Shown: positions 18,344-27,414, counted from the first letter of the stretch. The stretch: DNA of 32,000 bases from Candidatus Methylomirabilis sp. (GCF_028716865.1 NZ_JAQUOY010000006.1:41317-73316), one strand, 5' to 3'. Notes: generated by a model from the sequence alone, not told the origin. Numbers and translations: made by a program.

Positions 18344-18652
18344 CTACGGTTTTTTCTCCGACATCTGGATGACCTCGTGCATCTCGAAGACGTTCCGGCC
18401 CGCGAACATCTCCTTGGGCGCCGGGTTGGCATGGGCCTGCTTGAACGACTCGCTCTGAGTCCAGGCCTCGAACGCCTCCTTGCTCTCCCAATAGGTCATG
18501 ACAACGTAGTAATCGCCCATGAGAGGCCGAAGGATCTCGTTTCGAATAAATCCCGGCATCTGATCAACCGCGCCAAGACGCCGCTCGAATCGCTTCTCAA
18601 ACTCCTGCTCGTATCCCTTCGCGATTGGTACCCTGTTGGCTACGACAATCAT
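18344..18652 (-). CDS. ABM-domain (antibiotic biosynthesis monooxygenase / IsdG-HmoA-like) protein
   Basis: About 102 aa from the ATG at 18652 (MIVVANRVPIAKGYEQEFEKRF...), which is preceded by GGGAGGG. The ferredoxin-like ABM pattern includes ...WESKEAFEAW.... Confidence 0.75.
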   Translation of the reverse strand: MIVVANRVPIAKGYEQEFEKRFERRLGAVDQMPGFIRNEILRPLMGDYYVVMTYWESKEAFEAWTQSESFKQAHANPAPKEMFAGRNVFEMHEVIQMSEKKP

Positions 18653-18716
18653 TGCGCCCTCCCTTTCACGATAATTCACCATCGTTGGAGCCTGTCCTGC
18701 AAACTACCTATTGTGG

Positions 18717-18793
18717 TTCGACAGGCTCACCACGAATGGGAAATCCTTAATCATTTCAATGCGCATACCGTTCGCCCTGAGCCTGTCGAAGGG
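18717..18793 (+). repeat. Palindromic REP/MITE-like element, copy 2 (TTCGACAGGCTCACCACGAA...TTCGCCCTGAGCCTGTCGAAGGG)
   Basis: Same orientation and the same arms as 15017-15091. It lies between the add stop and the ABM gene start, so it is intercistronic on the minus-strand transcript. Confidence 0.8.
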
Positions 18794-18862
18794 TGAGCGG
18801 AGGTTGCACAACAGGATTATTGGGTCAAATTATCAGCATCATAACTTGCTGCGGATGGGTCG

Positions 18863-19918
18863 TCAACGCGCCCCTTCAAGAGGGGAATGCCGAACGGCTT
18901 CCCCCGTCATAAAGCGGTCGAGTTCAGCGATGAGGCATTGCTTCTCATCGGGTCGCAAGAAGCTCACCTCAAAAGCGTTCTTTGTAAGCGTATAGATATC
19001 ATGCCTGGTAAGTCCGAGAGCCTTTTGTGAAGCCAGGAGATTCTCGGTAATATAGCCGCCGAAGTAGGCGGGATCGTCGGAATTGACGGTCACGCACAGC
19101 CCGAGATCGAGCAGCTTCTTGAGATTATGATCCTCCAGCGACTTGAAGACACAGAGTTTCACGTTTGAGAGGGGACAGACGGTGAGAGGAATTCTTTCCC
19201 GGACCAGTCGTTGGACCAGCGCCGGGTCCTCGATGCACCGAACGCCGTGGTCTATCCGCGACACATTGAGCAGGTTGAGCGCCTGCCAAATATAGTTCGG
19301 AGGCCCTTCCTCCCCTGCGTGGGCGACCGTCAGGTACCCTTCCGCTCGTGCCCGTTCAAACACCTTCACGAACTTTTCGGGGGGGTGATTCAGCTCTGAC
19401 GAGTCTAATCCAACCGCCACAATCCAGTCTTTGAATCGGAGGGACGCCTCGAGCGTCTGCATCGCCGCATCCGCGCTCAGGTGGCGGAGAAAGCACATAA
19501 TCAGCCTTGATGAGATTCCGAATCTCGGAACGGCCTCTTCGAGGGCGCGACGGATGCCGTTAATCACCGTGTCAAATGGGACGCCTCGATCGGTGTGGGC
19601 CTGAGGATCGAAGAAGATTTCTGCGTGTCGGACATGCTGCTGTGCGGCACGCTCAAGGTAGGCCCAGGTCAAATCAAAGAAATCCTGCTCATGAAGAAGC
19701 ACCTGGACCCCTTCGTAATAGATATCCAGGAACGACTGGAGGTCGTGAAAGTGATATGCCTGACGAAGCTCCTCGACTGTGGCGTATCGAAGGGTCAGGC
19801 GATTGCGCCTGGCCAACGCGCAGAGCAGCTCGGGTTCCAATGTGCCCTCAATATGCACATGCAACTCTGCTTTTGGCAGATCGCGAATAAACTGGTCCAG
19901 GTTGTAGGGGGTATTCAT
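18863..19918 (-). CDS. add: Adenosine/adenine deaminase family protein
   Basis: 351 aa. Metal-binding [20 protein letters not shown], and the SDDP motif (NSDDPAYFG). Confidence 0.9.
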   Translation of the reverse strand: MNTPYNLDQFIRDLPKAELHVHIEGTLEPELLCALARRNRLTLRYATVEELRQAYHFHDLQSFLDIYYEGVQVLLHEQDFFDLTWAYLERAAQQHVRHAEIFFDPQAHTDRGVPFDTVINGIRRALEEAVPRFGISSRLIMCFLRHLSADAAMQTLEASLRFKDWIVAVGLDSSELNHPPEKFVKVFERARAEGYLTVAHAGEEGPPNYIWQALNLLNVSRIDHGVRCIEDPALVQRLVRERIPLTVCPLSNVKLCVFKSLEDHNLKKLLDLGLCVTVNSDDPAYFGGYITENLLASQKALGLTRHDIYTLTKNAFEVSFLRPDEKQCLIAELDRFMTGEAVRHSPLEGAR

Positions 19919-19956
19919 CTTGTTTTCTCTTTGCTCAATGAGCGTTCCTGATCGAG

Positions 19957-19985
19957 AGCATACACCACCTATCTCCTGCGTCCAA
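19957..19985 (-). promoter_or_regulatory. Possible sigma70-like promoter for add, TTGGAC-17 nt-TATGCT (minus strand)
   Basis: Revcomp of 19980-19985 is TTGGAC and revcomp of 19957-19962 is TATGCT. The match is moderate. The -35 abuts repeat element A. Confidence 0.25.
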
Positions 19986-20033
19986 ATCCCCCCCTCGCTC
20001 CCCTTTACGAAAAGGGGGGTTGGGGGGATTTTT
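19984..20033. repeat. C-tract/G-tract palindromic element, copy A (AAAT C7 TCGCT C4 TTTACGAAAA G6 TT G6 ATTT)
   Basis: Self-complementary. Its reverse complement aligns at roughly 80 % with 25281-25326 (AAAAT C7 AA C6 TTTCAGAAAGGAGGGCGAAGGGGG). Confidence 0.7.
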
Positions 20034-20050
20034 TGGGACTGAATGAACTC

Positions 20051-20080
20051 TTGCCCGTTTCTAAGCTGTGGACGTATAAT
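20051..20080 (+). promoter_or_regulatory. Sigma70-like promoter, TTGCCC-18 nt-TATAAT
   Basis: Perfect -10 TATAAT at 20075-20080 and TTGCCC at 20051-20056. It lies downstream of the track's 20043 ATG, which supports 20136 as the true start. Confidence 0.45.
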
Positions 20081-20135
20081 TCGCCAAGTCCATCATGTTC
20101 CCAATGACCTCATGACGGAGCAGGGGGAGGTTTTG

Positions 20136-21452
20136 ATGCCGACGATCGTTGCTGCTGCTGAGCTTGCGCGAATGGTCACCGATGCCCACGAGCGGACCAT
20201 CGCGCTTGTACACGATCTGGCGGATACCCAACTGGTTGTTCCCCAAACGGAGATCGTCAATCCGTTCCTCTGGGAGTTGGGACATGCGGCCTTTTTTTAT
20301 GATGTCTTTCTCCTGCGCACCCTCGGCTCCAGCACGTTCCTTCTGGAAGGGGCAGAGAGTTTCTACGACTCGTTCAAGGTAGACCACTGTGACCGCTGGG
20401 GTCTGCCCCTGCCTTCAAGGAAGAACACCCTTGAGTATAAGAACAGGGTGCTGGAGTCGGCCCTGAAGCATCTGGATTCCGGCCAGCCCGGCGCTGAAGC
20501 GACCTACCTGTATCTGCTCTCCGTATCGCATGAAGATATGCACGGGGAGGCGTTCACCTACATGAGGCAGACCCTGGAATACCCCGCTCCGGAACTCGGC
20601 ATCACCGAGGATGGATCGAGCGCACGCGAGATTGGTGGCGGTCCCTGGCTCGGAGACGTCGAAATCCCGGGAGGGATGTTTCAGCTTGGCGCTACAGCCG
20701 ATTCGCCCTTTGTGTTTGACAACGAGAAATGGGCGCATCCGGTACACATCGCCCCATTCAGGATCGCCAGGGCGCCTGTGACCAACAGCGAATTCGCTGA
20801 GTTCGTGAGCGATCGGGGCTACTTGCGGCGCGAGCCGTGGAGTCCTCAAGGGTGGGTCTGGCGCACCAAGACGGGCGCGCAACAGCCGGTCTATTGGCAC
20901 CGTGGACAGAACGGCTGGCTGCGCAGGCATTTCGACCGGCTTGTTCCGCTTGAAGCGCATGCCCCCATCCTCCACGTGAACTGGTACGAGGCGGAGGCGT
21001 ACTGCCGGTGGGCGGGCAGACGGCTTCCCACCGAAGCGGAGTGGGAGATGGCGGCCAGCGCGGAGCCCACCCCCGACGGAAAGAGCATCACAGGGCGCAA
21101 GCGGCGGTACCCCTGGGGAGATGAGCCGCCTACACCCGAACGCGCCAACCTGGATTCACGGTTGTTGGGGTGTGTCGATGTGGGAGCGTATGCGGCCGGA
21201 GATAGCGCCTTGGGCTGCCGCCAGATGATCGGCAATACCTGGGAGTGGACCGCGTCCCCCTTCTTTCCATTTCCCGGATTTATCGTCGATTCGCCGTATC
21301 GAGAATACTCGGCGCCTTGGTTCGGCTATCGCAAGGTCTTGAAAGGGGGAGCGTGGGCCACCCGATCTCGCCTGGTTCGCAATACGTTTCGTAACTTTTT
21401 CCTACCGGACCGACGTGACGTCTTTGCAGGGTTTCGCACCTGCGCCCTATGA
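20136..21452 (+). CDS. egtB: EgtB-like sulfoxide synthase (DinB_2 + FGE-sulfatase domains, non-heme iron)
   Basis: The ATG at 20136 is preceded by GGGGGAGG. The N-terminal DinB-like region has WELGHAAFF and HEDMH (3-His pattern). The C-terminus has GNTWEWTASPFFPFPGF...YREYS...LKGGAWAT...FRNFF...FAGFR. Confidence 0.8.
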   Translation: MPTIVAAAELARMVTDAHERTIALVHDLADTQLVVPQTEIVNPFLWELGHAAFFYDVFLLRTLGSSTFLLEGAESFYDSFKVDHCDRWGLPLPSRKNTLEYKNRVLESALKHLDSGQPGAEATYLYLLSVSHEDMHGEAFTYMRQTLEYPAPELGITEDGSSAREIGGGPWLGDVEIPGGMFQLGATADSPFVFDNEKWAHPVHIAPFRIARAPVTNSEFAEFVSDRGYLRREPWSPQGWVWRTKTGAQQPVYWHRGQNGWLRRHFDRLVPLEAHAPILHVNWYEAEAYCRWAGRRLPTEAEWEMAASAEPTPDGKSITGRKRRYPWGDEPPTPERANLDSRLLGCVDVGAYAAGDSALGCRQMIGNTWEWTASPFFPFPGFIVDSPYREYSAPWFGYRKVLKGGAWATRSRLVRNTFRNFFLPDRRDVFAGFRTCAL

Positions 21453-22651
21453 TGGACCTCAGCCTGACCCCGGACCACGAGGCCGTCCGCAACGCGACAC
21501 GTGAATTCTGCCGCCGCGAGATCCTGCCGCATCTGCGCGACTGGGAACGAGCCGAGCAGATCCCGGCCGACATCGTGCCCAAGATGGCGGCCCAGGGCCT
21601 GCTGGGTCTGTGCATTCCTCGCCGCTATGGCGGTTTGGGCCTGGATTACGTGAGCCTCGGGATCGTCTGCGAAGAGCTGGAGCGCGCCGATACCGCGTTT
21701 CGAGTCCTGATCGCGGTGCATCTTGCTCTCAACTCGCTGACCTTGCTGCAATGGGGAAGTGAAGAGCAGAAACAGCGGTACCTCGTCCCGCAGGCCTGCG
21801 GCCAAAAGCTGGCGGCCTTTGCCCTGACCGAACCGGACGCTGGAAGCGATGTCGCGGGTATCCGCGCAACCGCCCGACGCGACGGTGAACGCTACATCCT
21901 CAACGGCGAGAAGACCTGGATCAGCCTGGCCGACGTCGCCGACCATTTTCTGATCTTTGCGTACACCGACCGTTCAGCCGGAGCGCGCGGCGTCTCGGCG
22001 TTCATCGTCGAGCGCGGCTTTGACGGCGTGAGCAGTTCCAGCATCCATCACAAGTTGGGCGGGCGTATCGGCAACACCGGCAGCATCGCGTTGCAGGACG
22101 CGCGCGTGCCCGCCGACAACCGCATCGGCGACGAAGGCGAAGGGCTCAAGATCGCCCTGAGCGCGCTGGACAACGGCCGCTACGCGGTCGCCGCCGGCGC
22201 GGTCGGTCTGATAGAGGCCTGTCTTGATGCCAGCCTCTCGTACGCCGAGCAGCGACAGAGCTTCGGACAACCTATCGGGAAGCACCAACTCGTTCAGCAA
22301 AAGATCGCCCGCATGGTTGCCGGACGCGATATTGGACGACTGTTGTACCATCAGGTCGGCTGGCTGAAGAATCAGGGGACGCGCTGTACGCGAGAGGTCA
22401 GCTTGGCCAAGTGGATCAACTGCGACAACGCCTTTCGAGCCGCCGACGACGCGGTCCAGATCCATGGAGCGTATGGTTATAGTGACGAGTTCCCGGTCGA
22501 ACGCTACTTCCGCAACGCCCGCGGATCACTGATCTATGAGGGCACGCAGGAGATCCACCAGTTGATTCAGGCGGAGTATGCATTAAGCTACCGCACCGAC
22601 AAGCCGCTCTCGCGGCCGCTCCCCCCGTATCCATTTGAGGCCGACGCCTGA
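21449..22651 (+). CDS. Acyl-CoA dehydrogenase
   Basis: 400 aa. ALTEPDAGSD, the FAD/substrate regions, and the catalytic-base context IYEGTQEI are present. The start overlaps the egtB-like stop (ATGA). Confidence 0.9.
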   Translation: MMDLSLTPDHEAVRNATREFCRREILPHLRDWERAEQIPADIVPKMAAQGLLGLCIPRRYGGLGLDYVSLGIVCEELERADTAFRVLIAVHLALNSLTLLQWGSEEQKQRYLVPQACGQKLAAFALTEPDAGSDVAGIRATARRDGERYILNGEKTWISLADVADHFLIFAYTDRSAGARGVSAFIVERGFDGVSSSSIHHKLGGRIGNTGSIALQDARVPADNRIGDEGEGLKIALSALDNGRYAVAAGAVGLIEACLDASLSYAEQRQSFGQPIGKHQLVQQKIARMVAGRDIGRLLYHQVGWLKNQGTRCTREVSLAKWINCDNAFRAADDAVQIHGAYGYSDEFPVERYFRNARGSLIYEGTQEIHQLIQAEYALSYRTDKPLSRPLPPYPFEADA

Positions 22652-23841
22652 TGGCCGGCGCACTGGACGGTGTGCGGGTCCTGGACCTGTCGAGGCATCT
22701 GGCGGGACCCTACTGCGCGATGATGCTGGGCGACCTGGGCGCTGAGGTCATCAAGATCGAACGCCCGGGCGTCGGCGATGAGTCGCGCCACTGGGGGCCG
22801 CCGTTTTTTGGCGGGGAGTCGGCCTATTACCTGTGCTGCAATCGCAACAAGCAAAGCCTCACGCTCAACCTCAAACACGAACGCGGCCTCGCCCTTGCCC
22901 GTGAACTTGCGCGAGGCAGCGATGTGGTCATCGAGAACTTTCGTGTCGGCGTCCTGGACAAACTCGGTTTGGGCTACGGCGATCTGAAGGCCATCAACCC
23001 GCGCCTCGTGTACTGCTCTATCAGCGGTTTCGGGCATACCGGCCCCGACCGCGACTTAGGGAGCTACGACTTTTTGATCCAAGGTCGCAGCGGCCTGATG
23101 TCGATCACCGGCGAGCCGGACGGCCCGCCCATGAAGGTCGGGGTGGCCATTGCAGACGTGGCCGCCGGCCTGTTCGCGAGCAACGCTGTCCTCGCGGCGT
23201 TGTTGGCCCGGGAGCGAACAGGCGTTGGGCAGCATCTTGACATCGCGCTGTACGATTCGCAGGTCGCGGTGCTGGCAAACATTGCCAGCAACTACCTCTG
23301 TGCTGGCGAGATACCCGGGCGTTGGGGCAACGCGCACAAGAGCATCGTCCCGTACCAGACCTTTCAGGCGGCCGATGATTACTTGATCCTGGCCGTCGGC
23401 AACGATGCGCAGTGGCGGCAGTTCTGCGAAGCGGCAGGCATGACCGCATGGGCACAGGACCCGCGCTTTGCGGCCAATCCGGACCGAGTCGCACATCGAG
23501 ACGTGTTAGTCCCGCTGCTCCAGGATTTGCTTCGCCGCAAGACGGTTGCCGAGTGGCTGCAACTGTGCGCCGAGGCCGATGTGCCGGCGGGACCGATTAA
23601 CGCGATCGATAAGGTCTTCGCGGATCCGCAGGTGGATGCGCGAGGGATGCTCGTCCAGATGCCGCACCCAACGATAGGGACCGTGCGGCTGGCCGGCACG
23701 CCGCTCAACCTCTCCGCAACCCCAGCCGAGATGCGCCTACCGCCCCCCTTGCTTGGAGAGCACACCGACGCGATCCTCACCCGCCTACTCGGGCTGGATG
23801 GCCGTGCCATTGCAGAGTTACACCGGGATGGGGTTGTGTGA
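22651..23841 (+). CDS. Family III CoA-transferase (CaiB/BaiF/Frc family)
   Basis: 396 aa. LDGVRVLDLSRHLAGPYC N-terminus and the VAIADVAAG Asp region. The start overlaps the ACAD stop (TGATG). Confidence 0.9.
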   Translation: MAGALDGVRVLDLSRHLAGPYCAMMLGDLGAEVIKIERPGVGDESRHWGPPFFGGESAYYLCCNRNKQSLTLNLKHERGLALARELARGSDVVIENFRVGVLDKLGLGYGDLKAINPRLVYCSISGFGHTGPDRDLGSYDFLIQGRSGLMSITGEPDGPPMKVGVAIADVAAGLFASNAVLAALLARERTGVGQHLDIALYDSQVAVLANIASNYLCAGEIPGRWGNAHKSIVPYQTFQAADDYLILAVGNDAQWRQFCEAAGMTAWAQDPRFAANPDRVAHRDVLVPLLQDLLRRKTVAEWLQLCAEADVPAGPINAIDKVFADPQVDARGMLVQMPHPTIGTVRLAGTPLNLSATPAEMRLPPPLLGEHTDAILTRLLGLDGRAIAELHRDGVV

Positions 23842-24024
23842 GGTCTCGTCTTTAATCCCCCTCAGGGATTTCCTGCCTACGATTCAGGGATTTACCCGAT
23901 AGCTCCCGTCATGTGCTGCAGCCTATCCTACGACAGATCATCGGATGGCTGACCTGTCTGGCGTTGCTCAGCCATATCCCGATTTGGGTCTGTTTTCAGC
24001 CCTGCCTGATCCCAAGCCCAGGAC

Positions 24025-24240
24025 TTGAAGCGACATATAGCTTCCGCCAACCAAGGCAGCGCTGAAGAGGCTCGATCCTTGGAAGAGGTCTACAGCGGCT
24101 TACCCCCCGTCAACTTCTCATGGGAGATTCTGGCGCGCGGCTCACGCGGCATGGGCGTCCTTCGAGTCAAGGGGATCTATTGGAACGATTGGGGCAACCC
24201 GGAGCAGGTTCGGCATGACATCGCCCGGTTCGGTTCCTAA
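24025..24240 (+). pseudogene. Possible C-terminal remnant of a nucleotidyltransferase-like gene
   Basis: 71-codon ORF with a TTG start and no SD. The ...YSGLPPVNFSWEILARG...LRVKGIYWNDWGNPEQV pattern resembles, from memory, the C-terminal end of sugar-phosphate nucleotidyltransferase-like proteins. The upstream frame is closed by stops, and no N-terminal domain is present. Confidence 0.3.
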
Positions 24241-24456
24241 CAACCGTGACGAGATGTGATTGAGTGGACGCGGCCCTCTTTAGTCGCTTGTTAAAAGTAA
24301 TCTTTGATGGTAATTTAGACTTCGGCTCGCAGAGATTGGATAGTGGAGGGCCCCTCATATCCAAGATCTAAGAGCTAAGATCGCATTGACTGACAATGCT
24401 GGCTGTGGACGAGAAGAGCGGAAAACCTAAACGCGTTTCCTTCCAGGGAGGGTCCA

Positions 24457-24963
24457 ATGATTACGCTCAAGAAGATTCTTGTATCGACAGACTTTAGCGA
24501 GACCTCGAAAGGGGCGGTCATGTATGCTCGGGCGCTCGCCTCCGCATACCACGGCTCGGTGCATGCCTTGCACGTGTTGCCGGATCCCTCGATTCAGCCA
24601 TGGGCGTTCTCGGTCGAGACCGAGGTCATGGGGCTGTCATTCGAAGAGCGGGCGAAGCGATGGGAGGAGAGGTCACGCGAGCAACTGAAGAACCTGTTCT
24701 CGGAAACGGAGCTGAAGGAACTCAATGTGCAACTGGTGACGGTGGTGGGCCACCCGGTCCAGCAGATTCTTCAGTACGCCAAAGACAACGCGATCGATCT
24801 CATCGTGATGGGCACGCATGGTCGAAGCACCCCTGGGCCCAACATCGGTCAGACGTTTCCCTGGGACTCACCGATGGGCAGTGTCGCCGAGCGCGTAGTT
24901 CGCCAAGCCCCATGTCCCGTTCTTACCGTTCGACAGTCAGAGCACGAGTTCGTTACACCCTAG
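24457..24963 (+). CDS. Universal stress protein (UspA family)
   Basis: 168 aa. KKILVSTDFSETS, VMGTHGRS and GSVAERVVRQAPCPVLTV. SD AGGGAGGG lies upstream. Confidence 0.85.
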   Translation: MITLKKILVSTDFSETSKGAVMYARALASAYHGSVHALHVLPDPSIQPWAFSVETEVMGLSFEERAKRWEERSREQLKNLFSETELKELNVQLVTVVGHPVQQILQYAKDNAIDLIVMGTHGRSTPGPNIGQTFPWDSPMGSVAERVVRQAPCPVLTVRQSEHEFVTP

Positions 24964-24985
24964 ATGTCTTCTGCAACGCGTAAGC

Positions 24986-25018
24986 ACCCGGCGCCTGGCC
25001 TCTAGCCCGGCGCCGGGT
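24986..25018. terminator. Perfect 10-bp GC-rich hairpin between convergent usp and glcF-like genes (no U-tract)
   Basis: ACCCGGCGCC (24986-24995) pairs with GGCGCCGGGT (25009-25018) across a 13-nt loop. It lies 23 nt after the usp stop. Neither strand has a T-run, so a terminator role is uncertain. Confidence 0.3.
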
Positions 25019-25271
25019 AACGCGCGGCGCCGCGGCCATCCGTACAACCTGTCTTTTCGCCTTCTACGTACACATCGGATCAGCCCACGACTCTGACGAA
25101 CCCACTCTCCCTCAATAGCATTTCTCTCAAGCCATCCACCCTCATTACGGTCATCGTATCGCTTTCCTTGGCGCACCATTGTGCCCATCTGTATCCTTCT
25201 CGCCGTTATCCTGTGGTTCGGGTTGACGTTCTACGCGGCTTCGCAGTGGCGACGCTCGGAGGCCACTGCGG

Positions 25272-26633
25272 CTAACCCCCAAAATCCCCCCCAACCCCCC
25301 TTTCAGAAAGGAGGGCGAAGGGGGAGTTGGACCGGTACGACCAGTCCAACAGCTCGACAGGGTGCATGACCCGGATCTGAAGCCCTCGCTCCCTGATGCC
25401 CTTCTCGATCTGGAGTGAGCAGCCGGGATTGCCGCTAACCACCACGTCGGCCCCTGTCTCCCTGATCCGCTCGATCTTTCGATCCAGTAACTGCAAGGCC
25501 ACGTTGGGATGAAGGAGATTGTAGATCCCGGCGCTCCCACAGCAGAAGTCGGATTCTTTCAGCTCGACGAACCGGAGACCGGGGATCGCCTTCAGTAGTC
25601 GCCTCGGCTCCTGCCGGACCTTCTGGCCATGCGCCAGGTGACAGGCGTCGTGATAGGTGGCGGTCAGATTTAGCGGATGGAGCGTACCGCATAACGGGAC
25701 CCCGGCCAGAAGCTCTGAGACATCCCGCACCTTCTTGCTGAAGGCTTCAGCTTTCCCGGCATAGGCCGGATCGGTCCGGAACAGCTCCCAATACTCCTTC
25801 ATGACCGAACCGCACCCGGCCGCGTTGACTGCAATGAGATCCACGCCTGCCTGCTCAAAGACGTCGATGGTGTGCCTTGCCAGCAGTTTGCCTCGTTCCC
25901 GGTCGCCTTCGTGGACACAGAGCGAGCCGCAGCACCCTTGGTCCTTCGGCACAATCACCTCATACCCGTTCTCGCTCAAGACCCGGACCGTGGCGGCGTT
26001 GACCTGCGGAAAGAAAAACCGCTGCACACACCCTAAAAGGAGCCCAACCCGCCCATGCTGCTGACCTTGAGCTGGTGTGACCTCAGCGAGCGCGTACAGG
26101 CGAGGGTCTGCGAACTCCGGGAGAAGGGCCTCCATCGTGCCCAGGCGGCCGAAGAGGCTTAAGAGCCCTGAAGCCCGGATGAGCCGTTGCAGGCCAGACC
26201 GCTGATACACCCGCAGGAGGCTGGTGAGCGTCCGCAGGCGACCGAGGTCGGTAAAGGTGTACAGGAGGAGGTGGCGGAATCGCCGCTCGGTAGCGGGATA
26301 CTGATAGCGCCGCCCGATCTGGCCTCTGGCCGTCTCCATCAGAGAGGCGAACTTCACACCTGAAGGGCAGGCCGTCTCGCAGGCCCGGCAGAGGAGGCAG
26401 AGGTCCATGTGTTTGACGAAGCTGTCAGAGGCGCCGATCTTCCCTTCTGAAGCGGTCCGAATGAGGTAGAGCCGTCCGCGCGGGCTATCCATCTCGTTAC
26501 CGAGGACGAGGTAGGTGGGACAGGTAGGCAGGCAGAACCCGCAGTGGATGCAGTCGAGATAGAGTTCCGGGTCAGGCGGGTCGAACTGGTCGAAGGCGCC
26601 TGCGTCGATCGTGTCTGTGGGCTGGCTCACCAT
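25272..26633 (-). CDS. glcF: GlcF-like Fe-S oxidoreductase subunit (2x[4Fe-4S] ferredoxin motifs + two CCG domains)
   Basis: 453 aa. CIHCGFCLPTCP and CLLCRACETACP, plus CCG-type cysteine motifs (CCGS, CCGSAG). The last ~18 codons are encoded by repeat element B. Confidence 0.85.
   Translation of the reverse strand: MVSQPTDTIDAGAFDQFDPPDPELYLDCIHCGFCLPTCPTYLVLGNEMDSPRGRLYLIRTASEGKIGASDSFVKHMDLCLLCRACETACPSGVKFASLMETARGQIGRRYQYPATERRFRHLLLYTFTDLGRLRTLTSLLRVYQRSGLQRLIRASGLLSLFGRLGTMEALLPEFADPRLYALAEVTPAQGQQHGRVGLLLGCVQRFFFPQVNAATVRVLSENGYEVIVPKDQGCCGSLCVHEGDRERGKLLARHTIDVFEQAGVDLIAVNAAGCGSVMKEYWELFRTDPAYAGKAEAFSKKVRDVSELLAGVPLCGTLHPLNLTATYHDACHLAHGQKVRQEPRRLLKAIPGLRFVELKESDFCCGSAGIYNLLHPNVALQLLDRKIERIRETGADVVVSGNPGCSLQIEKGIRERGLQIRVMHPVELLDWSYRSNSPFALLSERGVGGDFGG
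25281..25326. repeat. C-tract/G-tract palindromic element, copy B (inverted relative to copy A)
   Basis: AAAATCCCCCCCAACCCCCCTTTCAGAAAGGAGGGCGAAGGGGGAG aligns with the reverse complement of 19984-20033. It overlaps the 3' end of the glcF-like ORF. Confidence 0.7.
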
Positions 26634-26787
26634 CCGTCACTAACGTTTCCCCGTTCACCCTCAGCGCGAGGTCGCCTCCCCCATAGCGAACAGCCCATCC
26701 CCCAGCGCCAGCTACAGCTCTCACGCACCGACAGCAAGCGCCTCCGAGAGCGAGACGAGGCGTATCCGCAGGGTACCGACTCACCTA

Positions 26788-26816
26788 TTGACAAGAAACT
26801 CGAAGAGGATTATATC
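26788..26816 (+). promoter_or_regulatory. Sigma70-like promoter, TTGACA-17 nt-TATATC
   Basis: TTGACA at 26788-26793 and TATATC at 26811-26816, about 130 nt upstream of the usp start at 26944. A perfect TATAAT lies on the opposite strand (26814-26809) but has a poor -35. Confidence 0.4.
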
Positions 26817-26943
26817 TCAGGTATTCCTTCATATGCTACGCATAAGAGGCACGCTATAGAGTTATCGGGGGCGATCTTCCTAATGTCAGTGATCAGTGAG
26901 TAGATGGCATCATGACCCGTTTGACACAAGGAGGTACCATACC

Positions 26944-27414
26944 ATGATACCAAAGTATCAGAAAGTACTGGTAACAACAGATCTTTCACCCCTCGGAAAC
27001 ACCGCGGTCCCCCATGCCTATGCTGTCCTGGCAGGACGGGGCGGCACTGTCATCCTTTTGTGCGTGGTTGACGTGTCCGAGATGCCGGACCCGCTCTACG
27101 CCCAGCCCACGCCGGGGGAGACGCTCGCTGAGGAGCGGGCGGAGATCCGGGAAGATCTGTTCTCCTCGCTGGAAGCGCTTGTGCCTGAGGAGGTTCGCGC
27201 AGAGGGAAAGGTGAAAACGGAGGTGCGAGTGGTGGAGATCTCCGGATCAGTCCATGATGCGATCTGCGAGGAAGCTGCAACCAAGGAGGCGGACCTCATC
27301 GTGATGGCATCTCATGGCTATTCCGGAATGAAGCACCTGCTCCTGGGCTCAGTAGTAGAGCATGTGCTGCGGTCAGCCGATCGTCCCGTCCTCGTTGTTC
27401 GCGCTCGGGGATGA
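26944..27414 (+). CDS. Universal stress protein (UspA family)
   Basis: The ATG at 26944 is preceded by AAGGAGG at 9-nt spacing. MIPKYQKVLVTTDLSPLG..., VMASHGYSG and LLGSVVEHVLRSADRPVLVV. The track's GTG at 26896 adds an implausible N-terminal extension. Confidence 0.85.
   Translation: MIPKYQKVLVTTDLSPLGNTAVPHAYAVLAGRGGTVILLCVVDVSEMPDPLYAQPTPGETLAEERAEIREDLFSSLEALVPEEVRAEGKVKTEVRVVEISGSVHDAICEEAATKEADLIVMASHGYSGMKHLLLGSVVEHVLRSADRPVLVVRARG

Noticed and set aside
17595-18458. 287-aa plus-strand ORF
   Set aside because: It is antisense to kdsB and the ABM gene and has no motifs. kdsB is unambiguous on the minus strand.
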